A stretch of 64,000 nucleotides of DNA from Bilabrum cf. latius (lineage: Eukaryota): positions 558,001-622,000 of the forward strand of contig OZ237769.1 in assembly GCA_965178125.1 (NCBI GenBank), written 5' to 3'. Positions within the stretch are counted from its first letter, which is position 1, and each line of letters opens with the position of its first letter. The position numbers and the translations under genes are program-made. Of this stretch, positions 48,772 through 60,300 are shown one piece after another. The notes beneath the pieces are model-generated. The model ran no database searches, was not told the origin of the DNA, and saw only the letters and a list, made by a program, of their open reading frames with translations.

Positions 48772-51700
48772 ATGGCCTCCTGGTTTTTTGGAAGACAGCC
48801 AGACAAGTTTAGTTTACAGAATTTACGGTAAGTGGGTGGTATATTGGTCCTTAGAAGTCGTTATCTCCAGTGATATGGGCACGGTTGCACACGTCGCAAA
48901 GGAAATGACTGGCCCATTCCGCCAGCTCCCGCCTTCGAAAAGCTTACCCGGCCTGGGCTTGCATAACCTTTGTAAATACATGCGCTCGTGCGTCTTGAGG
49001 GACGCAACGAGCCGCTTGGATCACTGGTCGGGCCATGACGATTCGCACCTACGATCCCTACCAAAGCCATTGGCACCGTAATTATTTATTTCCATGTCGC
49101 AGAAACTAGCATGATATCCTACTGAAGGCAGCGGTTGAGGCAGGGACTGCAACGGAGCAGCAAGTCGTTGAGGCATTGCGGGAGCTAGGCGAGCTGATGG
49201 TGTATGGCGACAAGCACAACGACCGCTTTTTTGAGTACTTTTGCGAGCGTACCATGATGAGAACGATGGAGAAGATCCTTCGCAACAAGGACTTTGGCGT
49301 GAACGTGCGCGTGCAGGTCATGCAGACCGTGATGATCCTGCTTCAGAACATCTCCAACGAGCGCTCGCTGCTGTACCTGCTGTCCAATCACCAGGTCACG
49401 AGCCTCATGCAGGCCGTGGAGGAGGACAGTGACGAGGAAATGGTCGCTTACTCCGTGTCTCTCCTCAAGCTCCTCTCCCTTAGGCTGGACGAAACCACTG
49501 TGCAGTTCTTCCTGGTCAGAGTGAGCATGGGCGCCATGCAGGGTGCATGCCCCACACACAGCCATGCACCAGGCAGGGCCACGCCGATCCATACGCCCTA
49601 TCGTTTGCTCTCCCATTGTATCACCCACCCCCCTTCTCCAACCCCGGTTTGGTCGCATGTACCCACCGCAGTCAGGCTCCGGTGTGCGATTCCCGCTCTT
49701 CTCCCGTGCCGCCGCCCTCCTCAAACATCCAGAGACCATGACCCGCACCTCTGCCCGCACCATTGTGCTCAACGTGCTCCGCCTCAGGGAACAAGACGTG
49801 GAGTCCTTCCTGGTGGAGGGTCCCTCGGGGGACCTCGTGCTGCACCTCACCAACGCGGCGAGGGCGGCTGCCATCGCGGTGCAGGACACGCTGGACGGGC
49901 GCAGGCTGCAGCAAGCCACGCTCAGGAACCCAGGGCCGGCGGGAGGTGCGGGGACAGGGGCAGGGGCCATGAGCCCCCGGGCAGGTGCGGGCATTCGCCC
50001 CGGGGTTGGTGCCCCTCTGCCCCTCTCCTCCCAGCCCTCCATGCGGCACCTGCCCGTCGGTGTGATGAGTGGCCCAGGGATGCCTCTGCCCCCGCCCTCC
50101 CCCCAGCGGTTGGAGTTCTCCTCTAGCGGACAGGCTCTGGTCCCCGGTAGGTCCTTCAGCTCCTCATCCTCGGGGGGGTCCGCTCCTGGAGCAGATCTGG
50201 TGCAGGGACCAGGACAAGGGCAAGGGCAAAGGGCAGGAGCAGGGGCAGGGGCAGGGATGGGGATGGGGATCCCCATGGTGCATGCCACTCGGGAGGCAGT
50301 GCAGCTCCCCGGCCCGCTGCCCTGGCAGGCCACTTGCGGGCTGCCCTCCCGCGCGGAGGGCGCCTTCGGGGAGGCCCTGGACCATCTGTTCTTCGTGTCG
50401 GACTGCTTGGAGAGCGCGCCCGCGAGACTGGCTGACGACCTGAGGACCTGTCTATGGGTGTCGGCTGCGGAGCCGCTCTTTATCGCGCCCGTGGCGGAGG
50501 CGGCAGGCTACCTGGAAATGGCCAGGGCGGCATGGATCCGGAGTGCGACGCGCGGGAGGAGGAGGGGGAGCGGAAGGCGCATCGCGGGCGCGCTTAGCGG
50601 GGGGTTGCAGCCCACTGCGGCACCCGGCAGTCCGGTGACCCCGCGGCCGTCCGCCCCCGGGGCACCTGCAGCAGATGAGGACAGCGGCGACGGTGGCGGC
50701 AGCAGCAGCAGGGCAGCCTCTGGCGATGGGAACCAGCCCCCCACCCCCATCCGCGCCCCGACCGTCGCGGGTTCCCCCAAAGCCGCGGCGCCTTCTCGCA
50801 CTAGGTCCCAGTCCTCTGTGGGCACGCACTCGCTGGGTGCATCGCACGGTGGCATGCGGCCAGGCGCGGCCCTGGTGCTCCTGGGCTCGGCACTGAGGGT
50901 GCAGACGGACGCCAGGCTGCTGCAGGCGCTGGCGGACCCTCTGCTCCCGCAGGAGGCACCCCCCGCAGATGTCCTGTGGGGGGGTGGGCCTGGAGCAGGG
51001 GCCGGGGCATAGGAGGGCAGCTCCAATGGAGGGTCAGTGCACTCGTCATCCTCGCCAATGGAAGCGTCTCAGCAGGTTGTTCCCCCGTCCCTGCCGCCCC
51101 CGTCTAATGGGAAGGCGCAAGGAACAGACGGTCAGCCGTCCTCTTCCTCGTCTGCAGCACCATCCTCGTCCTCCTCCTCCCCGCTGGCCCCCTTCGGGAG
51201 TCGCAGGGCCGCGGGAAGGTCTCTGCAGCTGGCGCTTGAAGGCGCGGGTGGCCCCCACCTGCGGGGCGCTGCGCTCGCCGCTCTGCACCAGGCCTGGGCG
51301 GCGAGGGACGTGCCTGCGGGTGTGAAGCACTGGCTGGGCATGAGGACGCGGCCATGGGCCAAAGGGGCGGGGCTGGGGGCGCCCCCCTCGGAGGATGCAT
51401 AGGCCTTGGCACAGGAGGATGCATAGGCCCTGGCACAGGAGGATGCATAGGCCCTGGCACAGGAGGATGCATAGGCCCTGGCACAGGAGGATGCATAGGC
51501 CCTGGCACAGGAGGCGAGAGAGGGGCACGCCAGGCAGTAGGGCAAGTTGCAGGCGGCTCTGGTGCGGGTGACATGTGCCAACCCGCCGCCCACCGAGGCC
51601 GAGATGGCGATGGCCCTCTCGTTACTGAGGAGGGTGGCGCCTCTGAGGTGGGCCAGCGGGGCGGCAGAGGCGGTTGCAACCGGTGGGGGTGCTGCGGGTG

Positions 51701-54267
51701 CGGCTGCCGGGAGTGGCACCGCGAGTGGTGGCAGCAGCAGCAATGGCGCGACTACCAATGCGAGAGCGAGTGCAAGCGGAGGGGAGGGCCGGCCTCGTGC
51801 CCGGAGCCGCGCTGGCTCGATGGCGGCTCCGTTCAACCCGGGAGAGGAGGCCCTCGGGCCCCCGCTGCTGCCTCCCGATGCAATGGACCTGATCGCCGAG
51901 GGGCTCCGGAGGGCGGGGCGGGAGCTGGAGGAGGCGCTGCGGCCCGGTGGGGCGGTTCTGCGTGCGCTGGGAGGGGAGGGGGCCGCGCTGGCAGCCATCG
52001 AGGCAGAGGTGCTGCGCGCCACGGGGGGGCCCTCGGGGCAGGGGGCGGGAGGGGCCCGAGTGGCGGTGCGGGAGGCGCAGGCCTGGGGCCTGGATGGGGG
52101 GCTGGAGCCCGGCCCCACTAGGGGGGCAGAGGACCCCCACCTGCTGGCCCGGTGTGTGGGGCTGGATGATGCAAGGTACTGGGGGATGGAGGGTGTGGGT
52201 GTGGGGCTGGATGATGATGAATAGGGAGATAAAGGGAAGGGTGAGGTGGAGGAAAGTACCGGGGGTGCAGTATCTGCGGGGCTGGGGGTCGGCGTAGGGA
52301 GTGCGGGCGAGAACGGCAAGAGGGGCGAGGAATCGAATTAGGAACTGGGCGAGGAAGACGAGGACGAGGAGGAGGAGGGTGGGCAGCAAGGGGGGGGAGC
52401 AGAGCAAGCGGGCGAGTCGGGCCCCACAGATGAGGCACCCTCACCGGATGCTGGTGACGGGCTGGAGAGCCCCAGGGCCCTGAGGCTGCCCCCACCTCTG
52501 CCCCGCAAGGGAGCCTCCTCTGTACCTGATTCGACATCCCATGAGATGGCAGGCACCATCTCCTCCTCCGCCGCTGCATCAACCGCAAGCCCAAGCGCAA
52601 GCACGCCCCGCCTGCTCTGGGCCGCTGCCCCCTGCCTGCTGCACGCGGCCCAGCGCGCGGCGTGGATGGCAGGCATGCCGCAGTGGGAGTGGACCGGGGA
52701 TGCGCTGCAGTGCGATGCACCTGTCCTGTACGCGCCTGACCCGCCCCTCCGCGGCCAGCAGCGGGAAGCCCTGTGGACCGCAGCCCAGCAGGCGGTCACT
52801 CGGGTGCTGGAGGTGCCTCTCGAGTGGAGGGGGCCGCTGGGACCCGCCGAGGCGCTGGCCAGGGCGGTGAGGAGGCTGCTGGCGCTGCGGCGCCTATGGT
52901 TCCGCTGCCACGGGGAACAAGTCGCGGATCGTGCGGTGCGCTCCCTGCGTCCCCCCCTTGGCTCGATCAAGCCGGGGATGGAGTTCACGATAGGCCGGTT
53001 CTCGCCCATCGGTGCCACGCACATGCTGCTGCCTCCCACGAGACAGGGGGCTGCCCTGGCGGGTGTCGACCCCTTGGCGGTGCGACCCCCCATGTCCCCC
53101 GGGTAGGGGTCACAGAGACAGGTGGGGGCGCGCCGGGGGTCGGGGCAGGGGCCGCTTCCCAACGGACACTCCCCGCTCGCGCAGGGGCAGGGGCAGGCAC
53201 CGACCTAGGCGCATGCACAGGGGCAGGGGCCAGGCCCCAGCGCGCTGAGGAGGTCCGTATCAATGCAGCCAGGGGCAGTGGTCCCGGGGGCCAAGGGGCA
53301 GGCGCCCCCGTAGGCCCCTGGACGAGGGGGGGTGCCTACCCCAGGTACCCCCGGGGGTTTGTTGGGATCGAGTGCCCTTGCCACCGACACCGACAGCGAC
53401 AGGTGGTGGGTGGACGCTGCCTCGGTCCTGAGGAAGAGGAGGGTGCCCTCGGAGACTGCCTTCTAGCGGAGGAGGCTTGCTGTGGTGCTCGGCAAGAACT
53501 TCCTCGTGCTGGCCAAGCCGCTGCCCGTGTAGCAGACCCAGACCCAGACCTAGACTCAGGGACAGGGGCAGGGGAGCACACCTTCCTCCCCTCGGGGCAA
53601 TGCCGCCCGGCGGCGCAAGGGAAGAGCCGTCCTGGTGGCCCCGCTCTCGGCGGTCGAGGCGCGGGTGGACCCGGATGGGGCCGCGGTGCTGCACGTGCGT
53701 GTGACGAGTACCAGGCCCTTGCCCCACACCCTGGACCTGGGACCCCCGGGTGTCCCCGAGGTGGGGGAAAGGGCACTCATCACAGCGCTGGAGCAGGAGA
53801 TGGCCGCCGAGGACCGGGCCAGGGAACACATGCGGGCCCTGGCTGGGGGAGGCGATTGGCCGCCGCCCGTGCCACCCCCGGCGCTGGAGGCGGTGCGTGC
53901 GGTGGCGCGGCATGCGGTCCGCAGGCAGGGCGGGGTGCGGCACTGCTCGTTTGTCCTGGTGTTGGACAGCGCCGAGACCGCGGCCAGAGTGGCGCAGGTG
54001 CTAAGCGAGAGGCGGGCGGGGCTCGAGGCGAGACGGTTGGCGGCGCTTAGGGCGCTCCTGTCCTTCGACCCGCAGCGGAGCAGCCCAGGGAGAGACGATG
54101 CGATCGAACTGCAGTCCAATGGCGGTGGCGGTAATTCTTCTCGTGCAGGTGCTTCGGAGACAAAGGTGTCAGCGGCGGCAGGCGATCCAGATCCAGGCCG
54201 CCAAGCGATCGAAGTTGCGGCCAAGATGAAAAGCGAAAGCGTCGGGAATGGCAGCAAGAGCCAGTAA
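48772..54267 (+). CDS. CLEC16A/TT9/GOP-1 family FPL-domain protein (about 1690 aa); introns 48828-49102 and 49521-49671; 16 in-frame TAG
   Basis: DKFSLQNLR, VVEALRELGELMVYGDKH...FFEYFCE, QVMQTVMILLQNI...LYLLSN, RFPLFSRA...HPETMTRTSARTIVLNV. TAG at 49107, 51010, 51400, 51424, 51448, 51472, 51496, 51538, 52222, 52339, 53104, 53206, 53311, 53464, 53530 and 53551. TAA at 54265-54267. Confidence 0.88.
51391..51510 (+). repeat. Coding 24-bp tandem repeat x5 (GAG GAT GCA TAG GCC CTG GCA CAG), EDAQALAQ if TAG=Gln
   Basis: Five units, each with an in-frame TAG. The first unit has TTG instead of CTG (synonymous). Confidence 0.95.
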
Positions 54268-54396
54268 TTGAGTAGTTTACTGTCGCAGGGATGGGCATCA
54301 TTGATTAAATGTGAAATGGCATTTTGACACGCATAAATCCAACGTATACAGAGCAAAATACGTGCATCCCGCAGCCAGGACCGATCAGTTCCACAG

Positions 54397-57300
54397 TCAC
54401 CCTTCGAGCATCTTGCTCACCCGCCCAGCCTCGGTCGCAGGCAGCAGCGCCGCCACGCGCTTCTCCGCCGCGGCAGTGCCCATCGCCTTGCCCACTTCCT
54501 GCAGCGCGCCCGCCAGCGGGGCCCGCAGGCTGGCGGGCACCCTCGCGGACGAGGCCGCCCGAGCGAGCGCCGGGAGCACCTGCCGGTCGACCACCTGCGC
54601 CGCGTGCTTTGGGTCCAGCCGGGGGATGGCCCTGGCCAGCGATGCAAGTGCCGCTGCTTTCACCCTCGCGCTACTGTGCGCCACCCCTCCCACGAGCGGG
54701 GCCAGCAGCGCCCTGGCAGAGGCCCGGTCCTCCAGCAGACGGAGCGCCCTTCCCGAGGCCTGTGCCACCGCTGGCTGGGTGGAGGCGATTCCCTTGGCCG
54801 CCGCTGCCACCACGATGGGGAGGGCCCCATCCAGCGGCTTCCCCTTGAGTGCGTTGCTCTCGATCACGTCTGCCAGCGACAGGGCCGCAGCAGCCGCCAC
54901 CTTGCTCTGCCCGTCTCCAACGTGCTGGGACACCACGTCCAGCACTCGCATCGAGTGGGCCCTCGCGGCGGCTGGCTCCCTCCTGGCGAACTGGGCCAGC
55001 GACTGCACGGCCCCCTGACGAGTGCGCCAGTCCGAGTCCCCCGCCTTGGTCAGGATCGTCTCCAGCTCCTCGGGCATAGGGCCGGATGAATTGCCCCCAC
55101 CGGACCCGCCGCGCCCGCGTCCGCTCCTGCTCTTGCTCCGGCTCATGCCGCGGCGGCCGCGGGGTCCCGTGCCTGCACCACCGTGCGATGCAGCCGCGCC
55201 CTCGGTAGCCCGCTTGCGCATGGCCAGCGCCCTCGACGCCCGCCGGTCCTTGGCCATGGCTGCACCACCGTGCGATGCAGCTGCGGGTCCACCGAGCGGG
55301 GACGCGTCGGCCCCGCTGCCTTCAGCCCCCGCCGTGGGGGTGCTCCTGTCCCCAGCAGGGGTGGGCGGGGGCAGCGACACCTCCGGAGTACCGACCTCGT
55401 CGCTCCCTTCTCCTCCCGCCCCTAGCATGTGACGAGTGCTCCCTGGCCCGAACTGAAAAGCGCCGCCTACTCCCCCGCCGCCTTGCTCGATGCTACCCGG
55501 GGCTCGGCTCCGACTGCTGCTGCGGGCGCTCCTCCGGCGGCTCCGGCTGCTGGCCAACCCGGTGTGACGAGTGAAAGTGCCCCTGCGCGACCCCACGATA
55601 GAGGCGGGGGTATCCCCTCCAGCACCCCCCTCCCCCGCGCCCCCCTCCAGGGGTCCATGCCGCAGGAAGTCGTTCAGCCGCAGAGCCGCCCTCTCCCCCA
55701 GCAGCGCCCTGAGCTCGCCCTCGCTGGCATGCCCCCCCGCCCGCAGCACTGCGAGCGTCCTCTTGCCCGCGTGCCGCACCCCCTCATTCCCGGCCTGCGT
55801 GAACTTGGCGGCCTGTCTGGTGACTGCCTCGACCTGGGCCCCCGAGAGGGCAGCGAGGTGCACCTGGGCCACCTTCTCCACCCATGGAGCGGAGGACAGC
55901 CGGACCAGAGGTTCCGCACTGCGCGCGGCGCCCAGCACCGCCCCAAGCGCGGCCTTGGCAGAGGCCCCCTGCACCACGGCGGACAGCGCCCGCCCTGCCT
56001 CGGCCTGCAAGAAGGCGTTGGAGGCGTCCCCCGCCCTCTTCAGCAGGGGGGGCATGCAGGCGGGCAGCGCGGGCTCAGCCGCCGCCCCCGCCGCGCCCAG
56101 GAGGTCTGCCACCGCCAGCAGCGCGCTCTTTGCGAGGGCCGACCGAGGGGAGCTGACGAGAGGGGCCACCAGTCGGAGGGCCCTGTTGGCGTGTTCCCTG
56201 GCCTGGGGTGGGTGGTGCGCTGCCATCCTCCTGAGCGCAAGCAGAGCCTGCACCTGCTTGCTCCAGGAGGCGGTCTTGCCCTTGGCCTGCGCCTCCACTA
56301 GGGCGTCTGCGGCGTGCTGCCAGGCGGACTGCGGGTTCTTGAGCGGCTGCAGCTGGTCCTTGGGCACATACAGCTGCTGGGTATCGGGGGCACCGGAGGG
56401 AACACCTCCCGATGCCACGCTGGACGCCCCCCCGAATGACCGGGTGGACCCCGCGGGTGACACCCCCCCACCGCCGTTGGGGACACGACCCGCGCCCGAT
56501 CCCCGGCCCCTGCTCCTGCTCCTGCTGCCTGCCCCGGGGGACCCCCTCGGCGCATGCCTGTGGGGGGAGGAAGCACCAGCACCAGCACCAGAGCTAGCGC
56601 TAGCACCCGCACCCGACGAGCGCGAAGGGGAAAGAGAAGGGGAAGGGGACCTTCCCGTTGACACGGGAGGCGGCTTGGATACGCGCCGCTGCAGCCCCCT
56701 GTGCCCTCGCACTGTTCCTTGGGACCCAAAAGGCTCCTAATTCGCCCCCGGTGGAAGCGCGTAGGTGGCTGACGGGTCCGCCATGGGGTGCAGGGGCCTG
56801 TCTGCCGGGTCGCTGGAGGCCTGTCCGAGCGAGTGGGGGGCCAGAGAGGCGGGGCCCATGGAGGGCGAGGCGGGGGGCACGTCCACGTCCATGCCCGCGC
56901 GAGAGCTGGCCCGGGAGCGGGTCCCCACGGAAGGAGAGGGCTGTAGGGGGGCCGTGCGTCTCGCGTCAAGAGGGCCAGCGATGCTGAAGCTGCTGCTGCC
57001 ACCACCGGCCGCTCCCTCTAAATGGCCGCTGGGAGCGTCCACGGAGTCCCGCAGCCAGCTGGGCACCGGCTCCTGCCCCCTCCCAGTACCAGTGGCTCCG
57101 AATCCCCCACCCCCGCGAGACCCCGGTGGCGGCCCCCTGCCCCCATACCCTCCTTGCCCACCTGCCTGCCCCTGCTCCCCGTAGTCGTCATAGTCGTCTT
57201 CCCCGTCATGCTCCCGCACACCGAGCGCAAGTCTCGTTGCCGATCGCTCCCGCGCTGCTCGTCGGCCAGGAGTCGCCCACGCGCTTGTTCCCTGGGCCCT

Positions 57301-60300
57301 CGTAGCCGCCAGGTCCATTCCATCACCATCGCCCCGCTGCTCCTGTCGCTGCCCCCCGCGCGCTGGTGTGGCCAACCCCAGGTCCACAGCAGATCCGCCG
57401 ATACGACCCAGCCCCTCCCTCTACCCGCCGTGCACTCCTCCTCCTCCTCCTCCTCCTCTCCCTCGCCCATCTAGCTGTTCCCCAGCACCCAGCTGCCCTG
57501 CATACGACCCCTGCCGCATGACGGGCGGCCTGGGCCCGCGCCGCAACGGCCCTGCAGACGCTGCAGAGCGGCGCCACGTGCCGCCCCCAGCCCCAGCCCC
57601 AGCGCGGCCCGCCGCAGCCGCCGCCGACACGCCGTCCCCGTGTCCATAGTCCCCCTCCCCGTCCCATCCATCCTCCCCCAGCAGCAGCCCCCGATGAGGT
57701 GCTTCCTCCCCCACCCCTGTCCGCCCCGCCGCCAGTCGCTCGTCCACCCGCTCGGCCAGCGACTGCCTCCGCCTCGCCCTGCCCCCCTCCATGATGCGCT
57801 CGTCCACTTCCTCCGAGATGGACTTGCGGCGGACACGGCCTCGGCTGTTCCCTGGGCCCTGCCCGCCCCTGCTCCTGCCCCCCACGTGTTTCATTTCCTC
57901 CTCGTCCATCCACGACGGCAGCTCCGGCTAGATGCGACCCACGGACGGGCTCCCACTCCTGCGGCCAACCGAGGCGCCCTATGTCTGTGCGCGGGGGCGG
58001 CCCCCTCCCCTTCCACGGGCCCCTCCAGCGCCCACCTCGCCCCCAGCACCCCCCATCCCCCGCAGCAGGTCCAGCTTGTGCTGCTCCAGCAGATCCCCGC
58101 CCCCTGACCCGCCCCGAGATCCCCGTCCCAGCGGCCCGGCCCCCGGCCCGCCGCCCCGCAGCGCCCTCCCTTCGAACCTTGGAGACACGGCCCCCGCCCC
58201 GCCGCCCCGCAGCGCCCTCCCTTCGAACCTTGGAGACACGGCCCCCGCCCCGCCGGCCATGCCCCCCCGCGCGTCATCTTCCTCGAACAGACCGCTGGCG
58301 TCGGCGTCCCGCAGCCAGGAGGGCGCAGCGGACCCCTCCATGGGGTCAACATCCCCAGCCCCGTATCCCCTAGGGGTGGCCAGGGGAGACGCACTCTGTC
58401 CCCTGCCCCTGGAGGGGGTCCCGCCCACGGGCCCAGGTGCCCGTCGCATCGCCTGCGCCGTGAGGTCGCTCGCCCCCGCGCTGCCCCTGCCCCCCTCGCT
58501 GTCAGACCACTGCACGCTGTGGCGACCCCCTGACGAATGCACGCCCCCCCTGTCCCTGTCCCTGTCCCTGTTCTCCGGGCCTCCATCTGCCTCCCTGCCC
58601 GCACCCAAGTTGCCCCCTCTCCCTCTCCCTCTCCCGCCCCCCCGCAGGGGACTCCCCGCCACCACCTGCACCCCGCCGTCCGCCGCACTCGCAGACTGCG
58701 CGCGGAGGGACCGGCGACCGTACCGCGGGCCCCTGCCTCTGCCCACACCCCCGGGGGCCCCTCCCGCAGCAGAGGGAACAGCGTCCAGATGCCTAGATGA
58801 GGGAACAAGTCCTGGTTTCGGCCGGGCCAGCGGGCCTCCCGCCCCCGGCCCTGCAGCAGCCGCAGAGAAGGCCCTTGTTCCCTGGGCCCGCTCCCCCCTC
58901 CTCCCGGCTCTATCGTCCGCTTCCTGCTCCCCTACAGGACGACTAGCGGCAGGACCCCGCCGGGGATCCAATGGACCCGGAGCCGATCCCTCGTGCAGCC
59001 AGGAAGGCACCGAGTCCAGAGAGGAGTCCAGCCCGTCCCTGCGCCCCCGTGCATCCAGCCCCCTCTCCCTCTCCCTCTCCCTCTCGCCCGCCGTAAGGCT
59101 GCTGGACCGGCTACCCGCCGCAGAGACAGGCACGCCCACGGACCCTCCACCCTCCCCCTCTCCTTTGTCCGTGGAAGGCGACCCGCGGCCGATTCCCAGT
59201 CCCAGTCCGATGCCTGCGGTCCCCTTCCACCCCCTCCCTTGTTCCCTGGCCCCGCCCCCCTCCACCTCGTGGCTCCTCGCCGCTCGCCTGAGCGACCCGG
59301 GCCCGCCCCTCCCGCCCCTCCCGGCCTGGTGCACCCCCGCACCCGATCCTCCCGGGCCGTCACCCACACCGACACCCGGCCCGAGCCTGACGTCTTGCGC
59401 GCTCTAGCCCCGAGGCCGTCTTGTTCCCTGGCCCTGGCCCTAGCCCTCGTGCGTGGTCAGGGCACTAGAGAGGGCTCCCCTGTGCCCGCGGCCCAACCCC
59501 GGGCCCCCACCTGACATCACCATCCCCATCTCCATCCCCATCCCGACACCCAGCCCGCCGCTGTGCTCGCTGGCCGCGGAGAGAAGGGTCTGTGCCGTGC
59601 CCAGGGCGCGAGGGGGCGCCTGTGCACCGCCATTCAATGCACTTCCAGACCCCAAGGCAGCCGCTCCGGCCCCCACAAGCGCTGACCCCCTCCTGGGCCC
59701 CTGCTCCTATGCTCCTGTGTCCGGCAACTCCATGCCCACGGTGGCGGGGGACCGACGGGAGGAAGCCATCGACAAACCCCCGCGGGATGCACCCCCGCCG
59801 TGGGGACGGGCAGACCCCGCAGAGGGGGGCACTGACCTGCCCCCTGGCCCGGTGCCATACGGCGCCAAGGACGAGGACCCGTAGCTCAGCTGAGAGCCGG
59901 CCCCGTGGGAAGACACGCTCCCAGCTGCAGCTGCATCCAGCCCGCCTGTGCCCAGCTCTCGCCTGGAGCTGGCCCTCCCCCTGGCCCCCGTTGTTCCCCG
60001 GGTGCTTCCCCCCGCCCCCGCATCGGAGGGCAGCACCACGAACCCCTCGCTCCCAACATAGGCCACCGGTGCTTCTCCACGGACTGCCTGCTGCAGCCTA
60101 TGGCCCAGTCCCCTGCGAGCCTTCTCATGGGCCACCTGCGCGTGCACCTTGCCCTGGTTCCCGTGAGCGCCCAGCAGCCGCTGCTGCTGCCCTTGCTCCG
60201 CCCCCCTCGGCAGCATAGCCCCCGCCGCCCACTCCTCCACGCGACCCGCCGCCATCTCGTCCGCCACCGGGGGTTCGCCCCCTGCTGCTCTTGCTTCACT

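Noticed and set aside
49107-49109. UAG=Leu
   Set aside because: This single site would fit Leu, but the IFT43, MAPK, EF-hand and QT/GQ repeat sites fit Gln and not Leu.
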